Of a stretch of DNA of 64,000 nt, positions 1-8,170 are shown piece by piece (positions within the stretch are counted from its first letter, which is position 1; every line of letters begins with the position of its first letter). The notes beneath the pieces are model-generated. The model was not told the origin of the DNA. It did no database searches and saw only the letters and a list, made by a program, of their open reading frames with translations. This stretch comes from an uncultured delta proteobacterium. GTDB taxonomy: Bacteria > Desulfobacterota > Desulfobacteria > Desulfobacterales > QNYZ01. The DNA is taken from positions 32,001 to 96,000 of the forward strand of contig CAWJQU010000004.1 of assembly GCA_963845145.1 (NCBI GenBank). Direction: 5' to 3'. The position numbers and the translations under genes were made by a program.

Positions 1-1
1 A

Positions 2-838
2 AATATCACCCAACCGGCGGTGACCAAAGCGATTCAACGGCTGCAGAATTTTTATGATATAAAACTGCTTAATCGTTTTGGCAAAAAATTGGTGTTAACC
101 GATGCCGGGCAGACGCTTTATGAGATTGCCGAGAAGATTTTTGATCTGGAAGCTCAGGCGGAAGAGGGGATTCGGGAATTTAAAAAGCTCAGGATGGGGC
201 ACATTCGAATCCATGCCAGTGAAAGTTTCGGTGCCTATTATCTTCCCTCGATAATCAACCCTTTAAGCAAGGAGCATCCCAGCGTCCGCATCTCGGTCAG
301 CATTTTTCCCACCGAGAATGTCATCGAAAATGTGGCCAATTTGAAAAACGATGTCGGCTTTGGGTCTTATCCCGCCACTCACGAGAAGGTCGTCAGTCGC
401 GAAATCTTAGAAGACAAGTTGGTTTTCGTTGCCGCACCGAATCATTTGCTTGCGAATAAAAAGCGATTGACGGTCATGGATCTGGCCGGGCAGTCAATGA
501 TTGTCCATGAAAAAGGATCGGTGCCGTCCGAGGCCATTGGTCAATTTATTCGAAAAAATAAGATTGATATCCAAATCCCCATGGAGCTGTCCTCAAATCG
601 GGCAATTATCAAAGCTGTGGCCGAGGGGTTGGGTATTGCCCTGGTGTCGCGCAACGTGGCCAGAGAAGAGATCTCTACGGGTAACATTGTCGTGCTGCCG
701 TTTCCTGGTCCGCCCTTGATGCGAAGCTTCTACCTGATTCATCACAAGGATAAGTATATTTCCGAAGTCTTAAAACGGTTAATAGATCGTGTGGATGCGT
801 GGGCGATCGAGTATACGCAGTGGCTGGATGACAGGTGA
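2..838 (+). CDS. LysR-family transcriptional regulator (5' truncated by window edge)
   Basis: Frame reads NITQPAVTKAIQRLQ...LLNRFGKKLVLTDAG (LysR HTH), then a substrate-binding domain ending VAEGLGIALVS. Confidence 0.92.
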   Translation, partial: NITQPAVTKAIQRLQNFYDIKLLNRFGKKLVLTDAGQTLYEIAEKIFDLEAQAEEGIREFKKLRMGHIRIHASESFGAYYLPSIINPLSKEHPSVRISVSIFPTENVIENVANLKNDVGFGSYPATHEKVVSREILEDKLVFVAAPNHLLANKKRLTVMDLAGQSMIVHEKGSVPSEAIGQFIRKNKIDIQIPMELSSNRAIIKAVAEGLGIALVSRNVAREEISTGNIVVLPFPGPPLMRSFYLIHHKDKYISEVLKRLIDRVDAWAIEYTQWLDDR

Positions 839-896
839 TGGGGAGTCGGCGTGTTTGGCGGACGATGTCGGCCGAAAGCCGTGGGGGGCGATAGTC

Positions 897-1487
897 TTAA
901 TCCGCCGTTTGGATCGCTTTGTTGGGAAAAAGGTCCGCGATTAGATTGGCGGCGAGTTGTTTGTCGCAGACACCGTACGTGTCGCTTGTGCCGTAAATGA
1001 TAATATCTCCCTGTTCATTAAATTCGACCCTGGCGCCGCCGGCAGGTGTGACGGAAACATTCTCAAAGCCCAGATCCGTCATCTCTTCAATGGTGTTTTT
1101 CAATATCTCATGGTGCCAGTCATCCCCCGAGCGGAGGCAAACCCATTTGCCGCCATGGTCGTCACCGACGATAACCAACAAGATTTTGCCGTAATAGCCC
1201 GAAGGGAGATCTGCCGGGCGGATCAGCTTTTCCGGATCGAAACCGTGGTCCCTGAAAATCTCGAGGGCTTTTAGACGGCGCTGCAAGCGACAGACACTTC
1301 GCATCTCTCCACAGGCCCGAGCCGTGTTTATGTTTCCAACCAGAACCGCGATATGTTTGTCGATTAGACGCCGATCCGGAACGGTATTTGTTTGGTTATA
1401 ATAGCTCTGAATCGATTCCAGCCGTCCTGCATTAAAGAGGGTCTCGATACGATTGTCGTTGATACGATTGTGGTCGTCATTTTCCAT
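897..1487 (-). CDS. Hypothetical protein with C-terminal Janus/Ocnus (PHPT1 phosphohistidine phosphatase)-like domain
   Basis: Motif order GKILL...LRSG..WHHEI...GGARV...IYGTS.TYG...LFP parallels PHPT1 FKYVL...VRG...YHADI...GGGRI...VYGYS.AYG...KYP; ATG 1487 follows a GGGAGGG SD. Confidence 0.6.
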   Translation of the reverse strand: MENDDHNRINDNRIETLFNAGRLESIQSYYNQTNTVPDRRLIDKHIAVLVGNINTARACGEMRSVCRLQRRLKALEIFRDHGFDPEKLIRPADLPSGYYGKILLVIVGDDHGGKWVCLRSGDDWHHEILKNTIEEMTDLGFENVSVTPAGGARVEFNEQGDIIIYGTSDTYGVCDKQLAANLIADLFPNKAIQTAD

Positions 1488-1495
1488 CCCGGCCC

Positions 1496-1575
1496 TCCCA
1501 TCCAATCTAGTCCAATTCGATTCAATTCAATTCAACCCAGTCCATACCAATCCAACCCAATCCAGTCCAATTCAA
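1496..1575. repeat. Degenerate pentanucleotide tandem repeat (TCCAA/TTCAA, about 16 units)
   Basis: tccca tccaa tctag tccaa ttcga ttcaa ttcaa ttcaa cccag tccat accaa tccaa cccaa tccag tccaa ttcaa. Confidence 0.85.
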
Positions 1576-1587
1576 TATTGGCACCTT

Positions 1588-2322
1588 CTATCCGTTAAAG
1601 GATTCCACCAGCGCGGGTAGTTGATCCAACCCGGTAATCTCCGGAACTTCCGGCTTGTCTTCAAGAAGATCAATATTGGGCCAGTTACGATTTACCGAGC
1701 GATGCTTGAGCCAGACTGGTTGAAGGCCGGCGTCATGGGAGCCTCTGATGTCGATACGCCAATCATCGCCCACATAGACCGCCTGTGCGGGGTTAATCCC
1801 CAGCTTCTTGAGACAGAAGAGAAACGGTACGGCATCCGGTTTGGGAGGCATCCCTGCTTCACCGGCCACGACGATCATATCAAAAAACCGCTCAATATCA
1901 GGGAAGAGGCCAAGCCGGTGAGTGCCCGTTATTTTTTGGCCTTGGGTGTTGGTGATCAGCGCCACACGATAGGAATCGGTAAGTTGTTCTAATACGGCGG
2001 TCGTTTCGGGGAACGGGCGTGTATGCTGTTTGACAGTCTCCCAATAGCGGGATTCCTTTTCTTCCAGTTCCAACAGGTCGTACGACCGATCAAAATAGCG
2101 ATACACCTGTTCCCATATGGCGGGTCGTGAAAAAACCGACCGATCATGAAAATCTTTTCGAATACGTCGATAGGCCTCCAGAAATATCGTTTGCTTTTCA
2201 TCATCCGCCAAAGGGAACAGCTCGGAGAATATTGACACTTTTGCTGCAGCTTCGGCCTGCTTGAAACCATCGGATGAGTCAACCAGGGTTTGGCCGAAGT
2301 CGAAAAGGATGGCTTTAATCAT
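1588..2322 (-). CDS. HAD-superfamily hydrolase, subfamily IA-like (motif I DxG)
   Basis: Motif I AILFDFGQTLVD, II LITNT, III PPKPD, IV YVGDDWRIDIRG. Confidence 0.88.
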   Translation of the reverse strand: MIKAILFDFGQTLVDSSDGFKQAEAAAKVSIFSELFPLADDEKQTIFLEAYRRIRKDFHDRSVFSRPAIWEQVYRYFDRSYDLLELEEKESRYWETVKQHTRPFPETTAVLEQLTDSYRVALITNTQGQKITGTHRLGLFPDIERFFDMIVVAGEAGMPPKPDAVPFLFCLKKLGINPAQAVYVGDDWRIDIRGSHDAGLQPVWLKHRSVNRNWPNIDLLEDKPEVPEITGLDQLPALVESFNG

Positions 2323-2443
2323 TGCACTGTTCTCATTTCCGGTACGGTTTGAAACGCTGTTTGTTGCAAATAAAGGGCGTTTTTAAGACCCAGGCTTAAC
2401 CCGTATGATGTTGCATAGGTCACTTCATTAAATAAAGCCGGGC

Positions 2444-2622
2444 GAGCCAATTTCAAAACGACCCAGTTTGCCCAATCTCTACGTCTGGCTCAAATTTTAA
2501 TCCTCGAAATACCCCATGTATTTACCCCAAGGGCACTTCCTTCGGGGCGCCTGCGGTTAATCCGCCTGAGGCGGATCGCCATCCTTGACCTTGAACAAAC
2601 TGAAACGTTTTGGAAATGGCTC
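2444..2622. mobile_element. MITE-like palindromic element, family A copy 1 (with two extra nested hairpins)
   Basis: Near-identical to 27890-28031; imperfect TIR GAGCCAATTTCAAAACG/CGTTTTGGAAATGGCTC; flanked by 4-bp direct repeat GGGC. Confidence 0.8.
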
Positions 2623-2683
2623 GGGCAGAAAAATGATATCGCCCGGCCTTACCAATGCGCACGCTTTGCGAAAGACTACGATA

Positions 2684-4072
2684 TCAGTCCGTTCCCCACT
2701 TTTTCAGGTAATCGCCGCACAGGTCTTCAACGGCAGGGATATACTCTTCTTTGGGAATCGACAACCAGGTGTAGTTAAGAAAATGGGTCCAGTTGATATT
2801 ATCGCTGGTGATATTTCCCGCCCAGCTTCCGCATCCCAGTGTGTCCGTGGTGGGCAGGCCGGTGGTCCAGCCGCCGCTGTTGGCATGGGCGTGGGGCATG
2901 TTGCAGACGACGCGGCCCACATTGGCCCGAAGGGCAAGTTTGACCCGGCGTTCATCGTTTTCCGAATGGATCGAGGCGGAATGGCCTTCGCCGGAAAACT
3001 TGAGGATCTTTTCGAGGCGATCGAGCATTTCGTCATAATCGGTCCATTCCCAGACGGTCAGCACGGGAGAGATCTTTTCACCGGAAAATCGATCCTCCGG
3101 CCCGACTTTCTCACCTTTGACCATGAGAAATTTGGTGTTCTCCGGCACTGTCAATCCGGCATTGGCGGCAATCCAGGTCGCCGGACGGGCCACGATGTCC
3201 CGGTTTAAATGGGTGCCGTCCGGCCACATGTATTTTCTTAATTTTTCACGTTCATCGGTGCTGCACAGATAGCCCCCCTCGTTTTTAAGGGCTGCGATCA
3301 TATCCTCGTAAATGCTTTCATAGAGCGCGACAGCATTTTCGGATGAGCAGGATGCGGAGTTGTTGGCCGTTTTCGACAACATGATCTTATGTGCGGCTGC
3401 AGGTAAATCGGCCGTTTCATCTACAATGGAGACCACATTTCCGGCACCGACCGTCTGGGACGGTTTGCCGGCGGCATAGACGACCTTCACAAGGGCTGCG
3501 CCGCCCGTCGCTACGGCGTAATCAGAATTGGCCATGAGCTCCGAAGTGGCGGCATGGCTGGTTTTCTTGATACACTGTACCAGATCCACCGGCGCGCCGA
3601 TTTTTTCGAGTGCCTTGCGTACATGAACCACGGTTTCATATGAGGTCTTCTGGGTGCGGGGATGGGGCGATACGATCATGGCATTACGGGTTTTAAGCGT
3701 GCTTAATGCCAGGCAGCAGATGGTCGATTCGGGGTTCGTGCACGGCACGACGTTGGCGATAACCCCGATGGGCTTGGCATATTTACGTATACCCAACTCA
3801 ACATTCTCTTCAACCAGACCGCAGGTTTTGGCATCCCGCATGTCCCAAAGTGTTCCCAAGGTTTTATTTTTTATCTTGTTAACCTTGTCTTGTGCATTGC
3901 CGATGTTCGATTCGTCCACGGCCATGTGGCCCAGCTTATGACGGACATCGTCTTTCATCAGCTCCCAGGCCACGGCCTGCACCATCTCGTCCACTTTGTC
4001 CTGGGGCCAATTTTCAATTTCTTTAAAAGCTTTCCGGGCCTTCGCATACATTTCCTGAATATTGTCTTCCAT
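2684..4072 (-). CDS. CoA-acylating aldehyde dehydrogenase, SauS (sulfoacetaldehyde dehydrogenase)-like
   Basis: PCTNP, SPHPR, ATGGAALV, GAGN, catalytic SASCSSEN, EKISPVL, TLGCGSWAGN motifs of the AdhE-N/SauS acylating ALDH group. Confidence 0.85.
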   Translation of the reverse strand: MEDNIQEMYAKARKAFKEIENWPQDKVDEMVQAVAWELMKDDVRHKLGHMAVDESNIGNAQDKVNKIKNKTLGTLWDMRDAKTCGLVEENVELGIRKYAKPIGVIANVVPCTNPESTICCLALSTLKTRNAMIVSPHPRTQKTSYETVVHVRKALEKIGAPVDLVQCIKKTSHAATSELMANSDYAVATGGAALVKVVYAAGKPSQTVGAGNVVSIVDETADLPAAAHKIMLSKTANNSASCSSENAVALYESIYEDMIAALKNEGGYLCSTDEREKLRKYMWPDGTHLNRDIVARPATWIAANAGLTVPENTKFLMVKGEKVGPEDRFSGEKISPVLTVWEWTDYDEMLDRLEKILKFSGEGHSASIHSENDERRVKLALRANVGRVVCNMPHAHANSGGWTTGLPTTDTLGCGSWAGNITSDNINWTHFLNYTWLSIPKEEYIPAVEDLCGDYLKKWGTD

Positions 4073-4090
4073 TTTCTTCCTCCACCTAAT

Positions 4091-5227
4091 TTATGATTTT
4101 ATTGGTAGTGTAAATCCCATTTCCCGAAATGCCTCTTCGGCCACGACAAAGAAAGCTTCAATGTCCTTGGCCGTGATCTGGCCCAGGTTGCACAATCGGA
4201 ATGTTTCCAGGCCGAACATTTTCCCCGGATAAATGGTAAATCCACGCTCGTAACAATAATCGTGTAGCTTAAAGAAGTCGAAGCGATCATCGGACGGCGC
4301 ATTCACCGTAACAACGAGATGCCCCTGAATCTCTTTATCGATAACCGAGGCCAATCCGATTTTTTCAAGCCCTTTGTGAATGGCTTCCCAACATTGGGTC
4401 AGCCGATCCCAGCGGGCCGTTTCGCCTTCGGTAAAATATTCATCGATGGCTTGGCTGAGGGCATAAACGGTCTGCACCGGCGGGGTAAAGTGCATTTCCC
4501 CGACGCGCTCGAAAAAGTCGTATTGCATGTGCAAGTTGCAGTAGTAGGAGCGGGTCGGATAGTCTTTGGATTTCTTGATCTCTTTAATATTGCCCACGGT
4601 CCAGGATGCGCCGGTCATGGCGGCCAGGCCTTTTTGGGCCGAAGACATTAAAAAATCGATGTTCTCTTCTTCAATGTCGATGGGCTTTAATCCATAGGTG
4701 GAGATGGTGTCCACCATAAAGACACATCCGTGGTCGTGGGCCATGGCGCCAATCTCCCTAATCGGGTTTAATACACCGGTGCCGGTTTCATGGTGCACTG
4801 CTGCCACCACGGCGATGTCGGCATCTTTTTCAAGGGTTTCCCGCACAAGGGCGAGATCCGGCAATCCTGTGGGATCAAATTTCAGGTCGATACAGGGGAT
4901 GTGGTAAAAATCGGCTATTTCAGCCATTCGGGCGGCATAGGCGCCGTTGTTTACCACAAGAAGTTTCTTGCCCTCCGGTACCAGTGAATTGACCAGGACA
5001 TCCTGGATAATCGTACCGGACCCGGTGAAAATGACGGCGGTATACTTATCCGGATCCCCATGAACGACTTTCACCAGATCTTGGCGAACATTTGTCATGA
5101 GATCCACAAACTCCTGCTCCCGGGGACAGATATCCGGAACCACCTGGGCGTATTTGACCGTATCGGTTGTGGTGGCGGGGCCTGGATTGAGCAGTACGTT
5201 TCTTTGGACGGGTTGGACAACCTTCAT
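4091..5227 (-). CDS. phnW: 2-aminoethylphosphonate:pyruvate aminotransferase
   Basis: LLNPGPATTT..VK, HHETGTGVLNP, DTISTYG, SSAQKG (PLP Lys), FTPPVQ, GFTIYPGK; next to an AEP transporter and pbfA. Confidence 0.88.
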   Translation of the reverse strand: MKVVQPVQRNVLLNPGPATTTDTVKYAQVVPDICPREQEFVDLMTNVRQDLVKVVHGDPDKYTAVIFTGSGTIIQDVLVNSLVPEGKKLLVVNNGAYAARMAEIADFYHIPCIDLKFDPTGLPDLALVRETLEKDADIAVVAAVHHETGTGVLNPIREIGAMAHDHGCVFMVDTISTYGLKPIDIEEENIDFLMSSAQKGLAAMTGASWTVGNIKEIKKSKDYPTRSYYCNLHMQYDFFERVGEMHFTPPVQTVYALSQAIDEYFTEGETARWDRLTQCWEAIHKGLEKIGLASVIDKEIQGHLVVTVNAPSDDRFDFFKLHDYCYERGFTIYPGKMFGLETFRLCNLGQITAKDIEAFFVVAEEAFREMGFTLPIKS

Positions 5228-5240
5228 CTTATGCCTCCCA

Positions 5241-6323
5241 TTACTTTAGTTTTCCGACGGTTTTAATCCCCGACTTCTGGCTGGGGTCTTCGATCTCCTC
5301 CACAATACCAAATCCGCTTCCCGACACTTCCTTCATCGATTCAAACCGCTCTTTCCATTCGGCAGGTGTTTTACAAATCGCCGGGCGAGCATGTTGTTCA
5401 CGTTCGGACAAGGGCGGCACCGGCTTTTCGGCAGGGCCGTCGTAATCTTCCATGGGGGTCAACGGCTGGCCTAAGCGGGTGGTGCCTTCTCGTTCAACTT
5501 CTTCAATGTAATGCGCACCGGCGGCAAATGACCGGGTGACGGCGAGAATGGCCCAGGTGGCTTCCGGGGTAAAGCCCAGATCCAGCATTACCGCCCCGGT
5601 GGCCCCCAGCATGTCCAGATCAACCGGCTCCGAGAATGTTTTTTGAGCGGCGGCGACCATTTTTTCGGTAAACGCAATATATTTTCCGGCCACGCCCAGT
5701 TTTTTGGCCCGGGCAAACATGCGCTTGGCGGCGGGATCTTTTAACATCAGATCCGATATGCCCAGCGCTTCGTCAAACTGGTTTTCGGTCACGAGCTGTT
5801 CGGCGGTTTGCTCCAAGGTCAGGTTTTCGGATTCAACTTTTTTAAGGTAGTCGTCCAGTCGATTGCCGAAGGCCGAATAGGCGCCATAGGCGTGACCGAA
5901 GGCCATAATCGATGCCCCACAAGCCTGGGTTAAAAAGGTTTTTGACCGGGCGACGATTCGAGAAATGGCCGCCGGTGATGACAACCCATCTTCCAGGGCC
6001 AGAATCATAATATAGTTAAGCATCTGTGCTTCTTCGACGGTGGGGATTCTGGCTTGATAGTCTACGAAAAGGACTTCGATAACACCGTAGCCCTCTTCCA
6101 TCAGTTCGGTGGTGTCGTATCCACGTGTGACGATCCGGTGAACGTTTTTGTAGGCGACTTCGGATACCCATTGAAACGGCGCCCGCTTGGTATCCTGGGG
6201 CACCGTGCCGTATTCCCGGGCGTAATAGTCAAACGGGTTTTTAGGACTATCCAAATTACCGATGCCACGCTTGCGCTTGGTCTGGTTGAGTTTTTCGGTT
6301 TTTTCCTTGTCTAGATAACCCAT
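5241..6323 (-). CDS. Citrate synthase/citryl-CoA lyase-fold protein, degenerate subunit B
   Basis: SEVAYK...IVTRGYD..EL, LEDGLSSPAA, FGHAYGA, KDPAA, DMLGA.GAVMLDLGF, RSFAAGAH; ATG 6323 overlaps the upstream paralog by 13 nt. Confidence 0.75.
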   Translation of the reverse strand: MGYLDKEKTEKLNQTKRKRGIGNLDSPKNPFDYYAREYGTVPQDTKRAPFQWVSEVAYKNVHRIVTRGYDTTELMEEGYGVIEVLFVDYQARIPTVEEAQMLNYIMILALEDGLSSPAAISRIVARSKTFLTQACGASIMAFGHAYGAYSAFGNRLDDYLKKVESENLTLEQTAEQLVTENQFDEALGISDLMLKDPAAKRMFARAKKLGVAGKYIAFTEKMVAAAQKTFSEPVDLDMLGATGAVMLDLGFTPEATWAILAVTRSFAAGAHYIEEVEREGTTRLGQPLTPMEDYDGPAEKPVPPLSEREQHARPAICKTPAEWKERFESMKEVSGSGFGIVEEIEDPSQKSGIKTVGKLK

Positions 6324-7207
6324 TGTTTGTATTCCCCTTCTTCTTTTTGTTTCTTGGCGTATTCCTGCCGTTCCTCTTGTTTGGGCACGATGCGGTCTTC
6401 CGGGCCCACATATTTGATCATGGAAAGGTCGATCATCTGGACCATCGGCTCGTTTCTGGAGGCACCCCAGGCGCGACCCTTTTTCATGTTGAAAAGCGCA
6501 TGGGCCGCACAGCTGAAGCCGCGCACGACGCTGCCGATACACCATCCGGCATTGGGTGAAAATCCGATCTCCATGAGTGCCGTGTTCCCCGAACCGACCA
6601 CATTAACGCCCACATAAGAGCGGCCATCCGCTTTGCGGCGGGCATGAAAGTATTTTTCCACGGCCCGTTGGAATTCGAGATAGACGCCGTTTAACTCGAG
6701 TTCTTCCTGCTTTAAATGAATGGGCTCAGCCCTGGGATCACTATCGATGTGCTGGGGTTGCCCCATGCCCATGACAGGTCGTTTGGCGTCCATATATTCG
6801 TCCACCAGCGTTTTGGCCATTTCATCAACGGTTTTGCCCTCTTTTTCAGCCCGATCCAGGTATTTGTTGAGCATGTAGCCATGGGCCGCGCCGGGACCGT
6901 GGACCCCGCCAAAGGTTGATACCGCCGCGGCGACACAAACGGGCAGATTGGGACGGCCGGCGCTGACCCCGATGGCTCCGACGGCCGAGGGGGACATGGA
7001 GTGCTCGAGGAAGACGCCCATTTCATATTTGAGCATCTTTTCTTCTTTTTCAGTGGGGATGCGGTTTTGAAACAAGACGAACATGGCATCATAAAAGGAG
7101 TACCCCTCTTCGGCCAGATCGCTAAGATTATACCCACGCATCACGGTTTTCTCTTCCGTTTTGTAAGAGATGGATGTTTTTCTCCGTAACAATGGTTTTC
7201 TGTCCAT
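6311..7207 (-). CDS. Citrate synthase/citryl-CoA lyase-fold protein, subunit A
   Basis: TSISYK...MRGYNLSDL, LEHSMSPSA, FGGVHGPG, VMGMGQP.H..SDPRA, VNVVG, RGFSCAAH; GGAGG SD before ATG 7207. Confidence 0.8.
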   Translation of the reverse strand: MDRKPLLRRKTSISYKTEEKTVMRGYNLSDLAEEGYSFYDAMFVLFQNRIPTEKEEKMLKYEMGVFLEHSMSPSAVGAIGVSAGRPNLPVCVAAAVSTFGGVHGPGAAHGYMLNKYLDRAEKEGKTVDEMAKTLVDEYMDAKRPVMGMGQPQHIDSDPRAEPIHLKQEELELNGVYLEFQRAVEKYFHARRKADGRSYVGVNVVGSGNTALMEIGFSPNAGWCIGSVVRGFSCAAHALFNMKKGRAWGASRNEPMVQMIDLSMIKYVGPEDRIVPKQEERQEYAKKQKEEGEYKQWVI

Positions 7208-7300
7208 TTTTTCCTCCGAAATCGGTATTTTATTGGGGCGATAGACACACCGGCCCATATAGGCGCTTTATTAGGGCGGCCCTATCTATAAGTCAAACGA

Positions 7301-7329
7301 ATAAATATCATATTTTCCATGACATTTAT
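7301..7329. promoter_or_regulatory. Inverted repeat, candidate operator upstream of the catabolic genes
   Basis: ATAAATATCAT-N7-ATGACATTTAT (10/11 match), next to a minus-strand TTGACT at 7291-7296. Confidence 0.4.
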
Positions 7330-7434
7330 TTATATCTATTGATTTTGGTGTTGTTTAATGAAGATCGTAAGATGCCAAGAAACGGCTATTTGCAGTTAGC
7401 AGGTATGGAAAGCGAGTGACAGAAATACCATCAT

Positions 7435-8085
7435 TCATATCATCGATTTTAACGTGACCAAATCCAATTGACCGGCTGTTCTCTCGGCCTCGTCGGAGAC
7501 AGTTACGATAAAGTCCAAACAGCGACGAAGATGGGTTTTGCGGCTAAATTCCATATCGGAACTGAAAATCTTTTTGGTCAGGTCCCATTCAAGGCCGTCC
7601 ACCTTGGATTCCATCATGCTGATATCCTTGGCATGATTACGGGATACTTCGATGGGACAAACACCCTTGATATAGCATAATACAGCGTATTTTAATGACT
7701 CGCCCATACCGAGAGACACTTCCGTGATATTTAAAAAATCCGGTTTAAAATCGTCTGGTACCAGGGGGCGTTGATTGAGGAATACATCACAACATTTTTC
7801 AGCGGAGGTCGCCACCACATCGAGACTTTCCACAAGCTTGTAGATATCCTCTCTTAAAAGTGGCATATAGGCACCTAAGAACAGTTTGTCCCGAATTTCA
7901 TGGCGGACCAGGTCGGCCTCACTTTCAATCTGATCGGTTCGACGGGCGAGGTTTTTGGCTTCAGAAATATTGTTTTGCAAATACGTTGCAATGGTTTTGA
8001 CCGCCATGGCAAGGCATTCTTCCACTTTGTCGGCGTGCTTTTCAATGAGCTTGATGACTTCTTTTTCTTTTTTAAAAATGATCAT
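7435..8085 (-). CDS. DUF47/TIGR00153 PhoU-like phosphate transport regulator
   Basis: IESEAD.VRHEIR..LF.GAYMPLLREDIY.L...LD and a repeated ESKVD motif; directly after a PiT gene. Confidence 0.9.
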   Translation of the reverse strand: MIIFKKEKEVIKLIEKHADKVEECLAMAVKTIATYLQNNISEAKNLARRTDQIESEADLVRHEIRDKLFLGAYMPLLREDIYKLVESLDVVATSAEKCCDVFLNQRPLVPDDFKPDFLNITEVSLGMGESLKYAVLCYIKGVCPIEVSRNHAKDISMMESKVDGLEWDLTKKIFSSDMEFSRKTHLRRCLDFIVTVSDEAERTAGQLDLVTLKSMI

Positions 8086-8170
8086 GGGGTTCCCCTCAAA
8101 TATCGCCTCTTTATATCCCTGAATATATCAAGGTCGCACACAGTATTCACATACCACTTCCGGAGATATC

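Noticed and set aside
1588..2322. Calling the HAD gene phnX
   Set aside because: It lacks the DWAGT motif and a recognisable Schiff-base Lys cap motif; kept as an unassigned HAD.
5241..6545. ORF-track start at 6545 (and 7258 for the upstream paralog)
   Set aside because: The 6545 extension runs deep into the neighbouring gene; ATG 6323 and the SD-supported ATG 7207 fit better.
4091..7207. Phosphonate biosynthesis cluster (AEP transaminase plus citrate-synthase-like condensing enzyme)
   Set aside because: No PEP mutase or phosphonopyruvate decarboxylase in the window; the importer and pbfA point to catabolism, and the condensing Asp appears lost. Not fully excluded.
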